A DNA stretch of 64,000 nucleotides. Origin: Klebsormidium nitens (Eukaryota > Plantae > Klebsormidiophyceae). The stretch is taken from NCBI GenBank assembly GCA_000708835.1, contig DF237016.1, forward strand, positions 62,001 through 126,000, in the 5' to 3' direction. The number at the start of each line of letters is the position of its first letter. Positions within the stretch are counted from its first letter, which is position 1. The notes under the pieces were generated by a model, which made no database searches, was not told the origin of the DNA, and was given only the letters and a program-made list of their open reading frames with translations. This document shows, in pieces, positions 25,941-38,118 of this stretch. Made by a program: the position numbers and the translations under genes.

Positions 25941-28236
25941 TGTTGACGTCAGCGCGACTCGGGAAAGTAGTGGCTCAACACAGAAGCAATCCGGATCGAG
26001 TAAAGAGTGCTTCTCTAAGTTCAATCAGCAATCTCTGTTCTTCTCTTGTGAAATTGACCCTGTCAAAAACTGCCAAAGCAAGGAGGTGATAAGCGATTTT
26101 GATTCCACCATGCACTGATGGGCATCCTCAAATGCGAGCGAGATTGACGCTACTTTCTTCTCTGCAACTGACTTTTCCTCCAAGGCCGAGAAAATCTAAA
26201 GAAAGAAGCCCTTTTGCTGAGGGCCAGAGGCAGATCACTACTGCGAACTTTGAGGACGTTCTGTGTAGGACCCTCGATCAGAGCACACCTGTTCAAGGTG
26301 ATTCGCTTTTCCGCTTGCTTTCGCTGGCTCCTACTTCAAGTTCAGCAGCTGCCGAGGTTGATTGCGGCAGAATAGAGGCCCACGTTCGCTCGCTCTCCGT
26401 AATGTCCCATGCTTGTGGATCTGTGAACGTCATGAAGCTCCATCATCGGCACGCAAACCTACTTTCCAGCATGCATGCAGTCCAGCTTGCTGGCTAGACA
26501 AAACCGGCAGCCTATGGTACTTCGAATCCTAGCTGTGCACTAGCTGGTGTCAGAGCGCGAGGTGACGATGCATCATGCAGGTTGGTCCAGCTTGTGCATG
26601 GTGGCGCGGCGCTCCATGCAGGCCTCAGCTTGACACGAACAAAAACACGTGGCAAGCTCGGGCGCGATTTGATTGGCCGACGTCGACCATCGGACCCGTC
26701 AAAAGTAACCACTCGGGATTCTGTTTGCCGCGCTGCATTTCTGGCCTCAAGCTTCAGTGCATTCAGTCCAAGACTCGCAAAGTCCCAAGGTTGGTAGTCC
26801 AGCAACAATAGAGGAAAAGAGGCTGAGCTTGCATGGCATCCTCGGGGCTGCATTGCATGAGTTGCGGGGCAGCATCATTGCCGCCCCCCCTTCATGGGAG
26901 CGTGCAACGAACGGGAGGAAATATCGCCCCGGGGGCGCCCAAGCACACAACCACACAAGCAGCCGCTGGACCACCACCCATTCTGGTCAAAATCAAATGT
27001 TCGCAACTTAATATGGTTGAACTTTCTGCATCAGCCTCAGCCGCAGCCTTCATTCCAATGCCTTCTCATTGAATTCATGCAATGTCACATGCCAACATCG
27101 ACCGGCCAGTAACCTTGCACCCTAAGTGCAACAATTGCGCGCTTTGCCCCGCATACGAAAACGGCGACGGTCCTTAAGTCATGCCTCCAGAATTTTCTAA
27201 AGCACGCATTGTCGAAAGGGGCACTGCACATGATTAGCTTGTATAGGATGGTACCACGCGACATTTGAGTAAGCTGATAAGCTAGGCCGGATATCGTTAT
27301 AGGATGCATGATCATATAAGTCAGAAAACTTGCTTTCCGCATTAGTAGCTTCTAGTGTTCTACAGCAATTCGATGTAGTGACACAGTGATCGAAGCCTGC
27401 CTGATTTAAGGCGCCTGTCATTTGTGTAACTTGCAAGGAAAGTCATTATTTGTAAGACCTACTTGGACCAACTTACCGCTAGATTCAACCGCCATGATGA
27501 GCCTAGGGCAACTAGGTTCTGAACTTTGACATCGCACCGTTTGCAGCCGACAATTACATGGGAAAGAAGTCGGCCAGGCGCGTGCTGGCGCCGCGCTCCA
27601 CACTTCTATATACGCATGATATAAGTAGACTGTCAGGTCCTATCAAGAGTCATGCCACCCAACCTAGAATCCGGATTTAGCGCAGTGGCGTACCCGCCAG
27701 TCATACTCGTTGCATTGATTGCATGCCGCACGTTTCTAGTCTAGGCTGAATTCACGCGATTCTTGTCGATGCGCGTCACATATGTTCAATCAATCACAGC
27801 AAAAGCTACTCGACATATGATACTATTTTTTGATCCTTGACAAACATTGGTGCTCGCGCTTATTCGAAATATTACAGATTATAGTGCAAATGCTGGTACT
27901 AAGGTAATCAGCATTCGAATATGTGTTTTCCAAACCGCTCCAGCTTGCCAATTCCAAGTTCTACTCTACGCCAATCCGTCCGAATGTCCAGATTTCGAAT
28001 CGTGTTTAGTCATTGATTGAATTGATACTCTTACCTTCACTCATGATTGACTCTACCTGCATGCAACGCAACCGGCCAAAATCCAGGAAATACCACGCAT
28101 GTCCAAACCTACATTCCTAGCATCAACACATCTGTATACGTACAACTAGGCTGGTTTCTCGATTCTTACGTGCACGATGATTAGCAATAAATATGCTAAG
28201 GTTCACTCAGAGTGGCATGTCTCAAACTCAAAAAGC

Positions 28237-31200
28237 TCAAGATGGAGAAAGTACCTCCGCTAGGCTTGCATCCATTTCCGCGGCCCCGCTCTCAACGAGG
28301 GCCACGTTTGACTCCCTGTCGAGCCCCGGAACAGCAGTCAATGGGCTGTCAACGGACGGCTGGGACACGGAAACCGTGGCTTTGCGGGGCACAATCTCGC
28401 AGCGGTCCAGACACAAGTTGACGTACTCCGCCGACTCGTCCACGTAGCGCACCAACCACGGCTACAAGAGGGGTAGAGAAATTCTGATAATACCTTGATT
28501 TTGGAATTAACATTCATTTTGATAAACTTGACCTGATTGGACAAAGACAGAAGGCAGCGTGGCTACGAAGACCTTGAGCGCGTTGACGATTTAGAAGGGA
28601 GGCACCGAGACTCCTGAATAGTGATTGGACATCTTCACAGGTTTCAATCGCTTGAAAATAGACTTTGCTCTGCTCCGGAATACTTGACGAAGTACCGCCA
28701 CTAACGACCTGCTTTGACATTGTTGTCCCCGGTTAGAATCAGATTGCGGGCACGGGTCAGCGTATTTGATATTTGCAGGGCAAACGAGTAGTGAACAACA
28801 AACAGAACGCTTTGCAAGACGCCGCTCACCTGTGTATTCCTGAAGCCCATCGTGGCATCGAAGCTCTCGACCGTCGCCCACATCCACAGACGGGTCTTCA
28901 CGTCGAGAACCCGTACCTCCCTCCCAACAAGCGCAGCCCCATCGAGAGCCGGGTTTTTGATCAGCGCCGCTTCCGTCACGATCTTTTTAGGTTTCGGGGC
29001 CGAGGGTTGCCGGACCTTCCGCTGCCGGGCCGGCTTCTCCGGAAGGGTTAAGCCCAAACCCGCTCGCCAGGCGGCTTCCTGGGTAGCGTCGTTCCGCTCG
29101 AAAGGGTTGGGGAACAACTCGACCCGGTCTAATACCCGGGTAATTTCTAGAGTAGCTGCACTTGGGCTTAGCATGGATCCCGGAGAGAGGCCGCTCGGCG
29201 CAAAGTCCGGGCACATCAGGTCTGTTGCTAAGGTAGTATCACCAGTGCCGATTTTGCCCAGCTCTTCAGGCTCCAAACCGGGGAAGAGGAGAGTCTGGAC
29301 CACAGGATCGGGGCTTCGAACAGCTGCCGAGAAGGGTCCGCCCACGGGAGGGACCTCGGAAACTTCAATCGCCGTTCCGCCCCTCTCGTTCACTTCGATT
29401 ACAAGGGCGACCCCAGGTTCATCTGGAAAAGCGGTTGCTGGTGTTGTCTGGGCCGCAGCGGGAGACGCCCCGGTCCTTTCCGGGGCAGCCGGGGCAAAGT
29501 TTCTGGTCAGTGAAGGCGCCTTCGATGAGGGAGGACTCGGCCCGGATGATTCCCCTAGCCCTACCTGAGAAGTTAGCCGCTGCAAAAGTGCACTCGCCAG
29601 CGGCGAATGCCGTCCGCCGTTGGGGTCGGGTCTTCCAACCGAGGCGCTTCCGCTGGCTTCCCGCTCGCTCCCGGAGTCCTCGGAACATTCTACCGGGCTG
29701 CCTCTGCACTTACTCTCCTCCCCGCTGAAGAGCCCGGGACCTTCAACCGGGCAGCTGCCTGCAGCCGACCGCTCAAAGCAGACTGACGCCGGGGAGGACT
29801 GGTTCAAGGGCTCTACCGAGGGAGAAGGAGAAGAGTTCCCGGGCAAATGTACGCCTGGTTCCAGAGGGGGCGGGCTGCCGCCGGTGGCGCTCGGAACTAG
29901 CCTCCATTGCTCCTGAGGGAGGTCCAGATGCTCAACGGTTTCGTCCGCGGCATAGAAGATCTGCAGAAAGAAGATGCAAGTAAGAGCGCAGGGATAGAGT
30001 GAGAGGAAAGGAACCGAAAACAGGTGCTCTGCAAGACTGAACTTGATGCAACTTCAAGATGGACTTCAGATTTGCAATGGAGAGGACGGGACCGCTGGCC
30101 TCGATATCAGATCTTCTTCTGTTGCATGGAGTTGGTTGTTCGCGGCTTCGGTCAATTTTAAGGGCTTCCTCCGAAAGGGGAGCATTTTCTCTTGCAAAGG
30201 AACATGGTGACTTCCTTCTGGTCCAGAGAACCAGCACGCGTTGCTCTTCACTATCTAATCAGAAGCCGAGCATGTGCCTCTTAGCGAGGAGAGGATGCCG
30301 TCCAGGCAACGCCCGACCAGACGTGCCAACACTCAAGCCGACTATCAGCAGAATATGGGGCCTCGAATCACGACTAGCCGCTGACCTTATATGGCCTCTT
30401 GTTCCGTGGGTTGAAGCTCTGCACAAGGCCCACGTAGAAGGTGTTGTCCTGCGGCCAATACACCTCCACGTGGCGGCCCACCAGGGCCTGCCCGAGGAGC
30501 CCGGACGAAACCAGGGGCGGCGCCACGTCGCCCAGCTTGCGCTTCAAACTGGGCGCAGGCATGCCGCCATCTCCCTGCAGAGACCAGATCCAGGTCTAAT
30601 GTGGCGATTGGGCTCGGACAACCGCATGATCTAGGATATGTTCGGATCACGACCACCGTTTTGGGTTGGTCAACTGGACCGCGAGAAACCGTTAAAAGCA
30701 GGATCGGAGCTTTGCAAGATCGTTGTCAAACTTTTGCACCTCTCGTGGATCGGAGAAGCGTGGTGTAAGGAAAGGCATTCTGAAGAGTGGCTTGTCGAGA
30801 CGAAACCCTTTGCAATACCTGCGCAAAAGCAAGACTCCCTTTGGAAACTTTTTAAGGCTCAATTCTGCTCCGGATAACACTTGGTAAACATTGCTTGAGC
30901 CAGAGATAGTAACCAGATCACAGCCAGACAGTTGCCAACTGCTCTTATCCCATCTTTCCCCTTACCATGTACTCGCCCTTCTCGTCAAAGCGCCGCAGCC
31001 AGTCGTGCTCCGCGCGCGCCCACAGAACGATGCGCGCGTACTCGTCCGGCAGGTCCATCTTGTCCGAGATCTCCTCCGGACTGCGGTCCGGCCAGGGCAC
31101 CACCTTGTCCACCCACAGCGAGGACCACTTGTTCTGCTCGCCTTTAAATACCACCAGCGTCTTGCCCGTCTCCTCCTGCGCGAGCACCGCCGGGGACGCG

Positions 31201-34200
31201 TGCGCGCGGCTCTGGAGGACGGCGGGGTACCACTTGGGCCTGGATGGGAGAAACAGGGGGGAGCGCAGATCAGCATGGTTGAGAAAGACTGATTGAACTG
31301 TGGTGATCACCCTTCCGTTTCAGCAGTCAGTCTGCCGCCTAAGGGACTGTGCGTGAGACACAGGGCTCGCGGTCGAACTTTGAGGGAATTTGACTGTCAA
31401 GCTTCAGCTCACAACCGGGCCTAGAGGACGTCTTTCTAGCGGCTGGAGCAATCGCATCACGTAACTACTGCCCCGCTTGGAATGTGGCCCCGATCAAAAG
31501 AAGGCCGGACTGTGGAGACACAGCTCGGCCTTCTAGTCAGATTTGTAATATTTGAACCAGCAAGCTTTTGCACGGACGATCTTCAGGGATCGATGAGACA
31601 ACTTGCAGATATGGATAACTAAGACGGTCAAGAGGCATGACAAGTTTCGGAGCAGTGGCACACCTCCAGCCGGTCAGCGACGCCCAGACGACCGACTCCG
31701 CCGTCCGCGGGTATGCCTGGAAGTCGTCCAGCTTCATGCCGTACGTCCGAATCAGCTTCAGTTGCACGCTCTGCGACACCTCGAACCGTTTGTCCTTGAG
31801 TCGCTTGACGTAGTTCCTGACGTCAGCCTCAGCGAGGCCCGGCCGGATGGCTGTCAGGAACTTGCTTAGCGGGGTAAACGGCAGCAGCTCGGGCAGCTCC
31901 GAGAGGGCGCCACGTGCCAACAGGCCATTGGCTTCTCGAGGTGCTGCGTTGCCAGCGAGCCGCCACGCTGCACGCGGCCAGGCCTGCAGAAAGAAGTGCG
32001 TGATGTAAAGAGTCGGGAGTACAATTTCATTGTTGCGGAAACGAAGATATGACAAGGCTCGTCAATGAGAAGTACAGCTTCAATGTGCACCAACTCTGAT
32101 CAACACCAGCTCTGAGAAAAGCTTCTCGCTGGATACGGCATGCGCAAACGATCTGACTAACTTCATAAGACAGAAGCACCATTCGTTTATAAGCAGCGCC
32201 AGGTTATTAGGATGACGTGCTTGATGACGTCTCCAACTGTGATCCCTGCACTCGGTCCTGTTCAAACTTGTCCGCTACGCATGAAACAAAACTGCCAAGA
32301 AAACAAACCCGATGAGTTCTGTTGGTCGGTTCTGGAGCCGTTCGCATCGCAGTATTGGGTAATCTGATTACGGGCAGGGCCAAAATCACTGACCTCTGGG
32401 GCTGCGGGGTCGAAGGCTTGGTCGCCGTTTCCAGTCGTGTACTTCCGCCCCTCATAAGGGTTGGCAAGTCGTTTGCCAATGTACCAGGCGACCGGGACTG
32501 ACACCGCGTCGCCCACAAGAGCGAACCGCGCCCTTTCGTGCGCTTCGGGTGTCAAGTCACGGCTGACGCCTCCCTCAGTGCGGAGGCAGGGCCACGTGTG
32601 CCCGATCTCAAAGCCCTGGAGCCGCTCGGCATCTTCGATGGCGAGAAGGCCGGGAGGGGTCTCGCTGCCGGGGGTGACGATCATCCACCTGTGAAGATGC
32701 AGATGCCGACCACAATGAGTTCAGACTTGTATGATCGACCGACTAATCACGAGACTTGTGAGGTGGACTTGGAAGCTTCATCTAGCAAAGCCCCTAAAGG
32801 GCAAGTTCAGGAGGGTTTAAGCAGAACTTTTTGATTGGCCTGTCACAGTCAATCCTGCCTGAGAGTACTCGGCTGTTGACTGCGGCCCCCGGGTTGTGAT
32901 TGGGATTCCTGATCTTGGTCAAAATTTGGCGCCCACAGTTGGCCAGCAGGACAGTCTTGTAAAAAGAACTTATGGATAGGGACAGTAGCTGGATCAACAA
33001 CGGGGGTTCATCAGACAAAGGTTGGGTCTTGATTTCGACAGCATGCACTTTGGCCATGGACTATCGTTGATGACAACGACCAATCAGAGAGCAATAAAAA
33101 TCAGTATTCCTTGCAAAAGTGGGACCCAGTCTTTCTACCCGCTTTGTGATTGAAGCCAACCGAGAACAAACCGACATGCGGGGTTTGTTCTTCCTAAGCT
33201 TCATCTCTTTTGAAGATCAAAAGCGATGTCGACGTTCACCAGACGGCATCCAGTCTGTCCGACGAAAAGGATTATTTCCTAAAGTTCAGATGATCAAGTC
33301 GAGAGGGATCCCCCACCTGCTCCCGTTGCTCTTGGTGAGCGTTGGCATGACGCCCACGCAGCCCCCCGAGCGCCAGCACTCCAGGTCCATGGCATGAACC
33401 TCCTGTTCAAGGTCCTTCCCGTTCTCCCAACACAGCACGCACGGCGCAGCGCACGGGCTGCCGCAGCTGCCGACGTCAGCGAGCAACGCGTCTCTGCAGC
33501 AGTGGGAATTTTGATGAGGCGGATAGAATCAGGACTGAAATAAGAATTAATAACTTGTTGAAGACGTCAGCAGCGCCCTCGTTCGAGAAGGCGAGGAAAG
33601 TAGTGGAGACTCTGCCACTTTTGGCTACGATAGGCGCGCTGATCTTGATGTAATCAGCTAGCAGGTGGTTCTTGGTAGGCTGTCCTTTTCACAAACTTCT
33701 TTTGGAATGGGTGATCAAACAATTCACAGCAAGCAACGCTTACAACCTTTTGATGGACTTAAGGTAGAGAAGCAACAGACTCAGAATGCCCCATTATGGA
33801 TTTTGATTGGTAGCCAGAAACTACAGAGCTTCTAGCACACCTCTTTGTGGAAAAAAGAAATGACCCCCACTGACCTGGGGTCCCCGTGCAAGCAGGCCAC
33901 TATGAACACCCTGCGCCTGCGCTGCGGGTCTCCAAAGCCAGAAGTGTTGATGATTCGATAAGCCCAGCTGTAGCCGAGTCTCTCAAGCTGCTCCGCAACA
34001 TAGCCCATCACCACTGGCTGCCCGTGGATCCGATCGAGCAAACCTGCGTATGAAGACCAAGCACTACGGTTTGAAGGAGCTCAAGCGACGAGGCAAGCTC
34101 ACACTAACTGAGTTTTATGCCAGTGTTTCAGCTACAATTGCCTCCCTACAGCGGCCTCTTAACAAAAAGACAGGCTCCAGAAATGCAACGCAAGGGACTG

Positions 34201-35457
34201 TCGGATGATGGCTAGGGCTGATGAGTACTTGAAGGGTCACACAACTCTGACAGTTGAGCGTGGTGGTGCGAGATTGGAGGGTTGTCTGAATAAATGGCCA
34301 TAGTACAAACGCCTTTTCTAAAACGGATTTGTCAGCGCTCGAGTAAACAACAGCTTAAGCTAGTGGCCAAGTAAGAGTCGGTGTGAGCTCATGGCCATGC
34401 CCCCATCATAAATTCAAGCTTTTAAGGTAGAGTATAACATCTCTCCTTCCCTTACCAGGAACGTTCTCAAGTAGCACCCACTGGACGGGGCGCGAGGCCT
34501 TCAGCAATCTAAACACGTGGTGCACCATGCTAGTCTTGCTCCCCTTGAGGCCCTTCCTCGTGCTGGACTCAGGGCTCAGGTCTTGGCATGGGAACCCAGC
34601 AGCCACGATGTCAGTCTCCTTGGGCAGAGTTTGGACCTGCTCGACATTGGGGTGCAGCAGAGTCCCTGGGAAGTGGTGGCGTAGGACCTGGCGGCAACGG
34701 GGGTCGATCTCCACCTGGGGCAGTTGACAAGAAAGTGAGTCTTGAAGGGGTTACAGCTAGATTGATACTCTGCCAGGGGTATTGGAGTCTGAACACCCAT
34801 GTGTCATTGAGGTAATCATAGCACCCGTGCAAGCTCCCTAAGGTTAATTGCCATGGAAGTAAGCTTCTTGGAGGGGAGCGTCGATCTATACGTTTGAAAC
34901 AAGATAATATATGGAAGTGTTACCCTAACAAACGGTCCTGAAGAGGAGGGGGCAAGTTTTGGTTCGTGTGTACGCCTCTGATTGCTGAAGGTGGTGGTCA
35001 GTAATGGGGGATCCCTCTGAGCTAATTTCTCAGGGGGGATCGCTCTAACAAATTGATGTAAGTAGTGGTGGCGTGTCCATTGTTTGCAGGTCACCTCAGA
35101 TAAGACCACCTTCTACTTAGACTGCAAGGGAATCAGTCGATACTTCACCCTTCTATAAAACATGTCTAGATTGAGCACACAATCATTGTCCATCTTCACT
35201 ACTAAAGCAGCTCATTCCATTCCACTATCATCCCCTCCCAGAGGCTTCCTTCTCTGGTGCCCATCAATGCAATCGGTTCAAAGCTGCCGGACTCCATTAA
35301 CGCTGAATGCACCCTGCTTTCAATAGCCACATTGAGGACATCTAATCACCTGAAATGTGACTGTTTGTCCACTTACCTGCATGATGACATCATGGCCCGC
35401 CTTGGTGAGACCCAAATCCAGGCCACCGCAGCCACTGAAGAGACTGACCACCCTCAT
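28237..35457 (-). CDS. C5 cytosine DNA methyltransferase (bacterial-type catalytic domain) with C-terminal PWWP and two Tudor-like domains
   Basis: Motif I LFSGCGGLDLG (exon 35457-35377), IV AGFPCQD and VI LLENVP (34714-34456), VIII PQRRRRVF (34043-33875), IX AERLQGF and X VGDAVSVPV (32688-32394). These are followed by PWWP-like VVWASLTGWRPKWYPAV, Tudor-like LVGRHVEVYWPQDNTFYVGLVQSFN...IFYAADETVEHLDL, and a second Tudor-like LVGREVRVLD..WMWATVESFD..WLVRYVDESAEYVNL. Stop at 28237-28239. Confidence 0.88.
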
Positions 35458-36814
35458 TGCCAGACCAAAGGAACGTCAATGCTTTTCAAGACTGCGACCG
35501 GTAGGCTGGCGGCACCTGCATACTGCTTCATCACATGCTGCATCTAGAAGGAGTGCACGAATAGGCTTCCCCAGGCAGGCTACTGCAATGTGGGACACAG
35601 CTGGATCAGGTTCAATCAACAAGTCATCTTGGTTCACCTTACATTTGCTAAAGCCCATCTGACAGTGCTGGATGTCTCAGCTCCAACTTTCACGCAATCT
35701 GTGCAACATTGCAGCGCAAATTCTGAAAGCCAACCCACTCATTGTTATGTAGATGGTCCCAACTGCGTAAATAGTGCTCAATCTGATCTCAATAATGCAC
35801 ACCAGTGGCCATGGACCATCACCAAATGGCAAAAAACGTCCTGCTTATGGTAAGAATCGTAAGATATTGCTTGTGCCAGTTGTGGCAGCAGCTCCACGTT
35901 TCGTATGCAGACTCGTCACTCCAGAGCTCTCTAGCTCCGAGACCTGCCAAAATGTTTGCGGCCGGCTGCCGCGGCAGCCGCGGTTGCGGCCGCGCGGTGA
36001 GTCCGACCAAATGGCATGATCGACCCAGCCGCCCCGCAATCCCCGGGCCGAACCTAGCAGAACCTTGCGAAGTGCTACCTTGACGAAGCCAACCGCAAAT
36101 CAATCACAATGTGATAAGCTGTGCTGTTCTGATTGCAAGGGCACTGCACTGGGGACCTCGAAGTTTTTGCAACATGTCTCAAACCCGCGAGCCGAGATTT
36201 CAAAGTGCACGTGCGCAGCGCAAGCATTGAGGAATGAAGGAACAATATAGCGCCGCTTGCAAGGAAGCCCTGATGATGGTCTAAAGTGAACCGGCAGAAA
36301 CGGCGAGGCGATCGTACTATTGGCAGGCTTGGGGCGGGCTCTCAATTATAAGCAGTATCTTGAGCGCAACAAAAGAGGCGCTTGCGATCGCTTGCGTCGA
36401 CCGCAAGCGACGCTTTACGTGTTGCGTTTTGTGACAATCTACTTAGGCGCAAGGTCTTTCGGCCCAAGAAAGAGGAGGCAGCCGCGAGGCTGTGAGGACC
36501 GTTTATGACCTTTATTATGTGGGGTGACGGACATCGTTTCCAACGGCCATCAGAAGCCAGAGTTGGCACAACGTGCTTGTTTGAAAACTGATCAAGGACC
36601 TTAACTCGTTGTGAAACAGTTGGGGATTCTGAAATTCATCTCTTTAAGTTTGAGGTCTCCTTGCAATTGTTTTTTTTTTTTTTTGCGGTCGAATGGCCCG
36701 CTGGACTGGCCCGCTTCTGATTGTATGTCGCCGACTAGTAAGGAGGAGCAGAAGTATTGGGGATTGTTTTGAGAGTTCCAAAGAGGGCTTCTTTCACCTC
36801 TTATTTCTAGCCTT

Positions 36815-37340
36815 TAGAAGGAGGTCGACGGGAGATATCGAGAAGGCGAAGGCGGTATAAGTGCGAGCTTCTCTGCAAGGTGGATGACGTCGTGCTCTGC
36901 TTCGAGCAGATGCTTGAGCCACTGACGGACGTTGGAAGTGGGACGTTGAGGTGAACTTCTCAGCTGAAAGACTCGTCCCGCTGATTGACCATCTGAGCGC
37001 TGGAGAAGATCATGTCTGTGCTTCCCTGCTGCGCTGCAAGAGTCGAGATCCTTAGGCAACGCCGACCATCGTCAACTTCCCTCGTCAACCTTTTGATGAA
37101 CCACCTTCCGAATCCGACTCCAAGTCGGAGAAACGGACTCGCAGCCAGCCAGGAATGTTTGTTCAATGTGAAATATGCTTCAAGACAGCAACACATACCT
37201 CTTAGGAATCCAGAAGACGCGTTCGAACTCGTTGGGTGACAAGGAAACAAAACGAAAAGGATACAGAACGGACGCAACGACTTTGTACGAGAAGCTCATG
37301 TGTCCATCTATGTCGTTACGACAGTCTGTTGCAATAAATC
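36815..37340 (+). pseudogene. Degenerate paralog of the 38119-39528 ORF pair
   Basis: Homologous blocks with frameshifts and stops: LCKVDDVVLCFEQMLEPLTD vs LCKMEDVKDCFEQMLEQFTD; LSAGEDHVCASL vs LTAGVIHVHASL; CSM*NMLQDSNTYLLGI vs CSVWGILTDNDSYLFLV; VHLCRYDSLL vs VHLSRRYSLL. Confidence 0.7.
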
Positions 37341-38118
37341 AGAAAAGATGGTTTTTTCCAGAAAACCTCTGTCTTGAGAAGAAACGACCCTCCAAGTTGG
37401 CGCAGGCTAAGGGACAGTGCGCAACGACCGAATTGAAGGCAGTGTTCTACTGAGCCCCGTTTAGGCGGTGGATACGCAGCCTTCAACCTAAGTACACTCG
37501 GCAACACTGTAGGACGACTTTGGCACTGTACTTGCTTCGTAAGAGAAACGCTTGAGTATGCATACATGGGCTGACCATTTCACGACTTTATAGCACGTTG
37601 CTTAAGCTCACCCTCGTCAAGCCTCTCGTGGTGGCTTAACTTGGTGACATGCCAATCGACCGTCATGTTTCGCCCTCAGTGCTTTCAGCAAGGGTTGCCC
37701 AGACAAGAAGTGGAGAATCGCTTATGAAGAGATCTTTTCGGCCGGTGGTGTCTCGAGTTCTGCTTATACAGATGCATCATGCATCGAGGTTTCCTTTCGC
37801 ATGTAAAGATGCACACACAAAGTGGAGGCTGAATGCGCCATCCGATGGATCATGATCTATATTCAATGCTGCTTTAGCGCCTGTCATGCGGGCGCGGCCC
37901 TTCCCCGCGGGCGCCTTAAGCTGGATCGAGCCAGCACTGCGGACGCGCGCGGCCTGGAGGGGTCGGCTGGTGTACGCGGCCCGCGGCCGCGAAAGCCTAC
38001 AAAGGACTGATCTCAACGAGAGACGTCCGTACCATTGCCTTGAGGCATGAGGTCTTAAAGTAGAGAAGCGCCTCGTGCAAGCGCTTAGGGACACTTAGGG
38101 ACCAAGCGAGCTGTCGCT

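Noticed and set aside
28852-29916. Several long overlapping + strand ORFs
   Set aside because: Antisense shadows of the GC-rich linker exon of the methyltransferase gene.
36670-36684. Poly-T run as a possible retroposon tail
   Set aside because: No TSD or element body identifiable; treated as a simple homopolymer.
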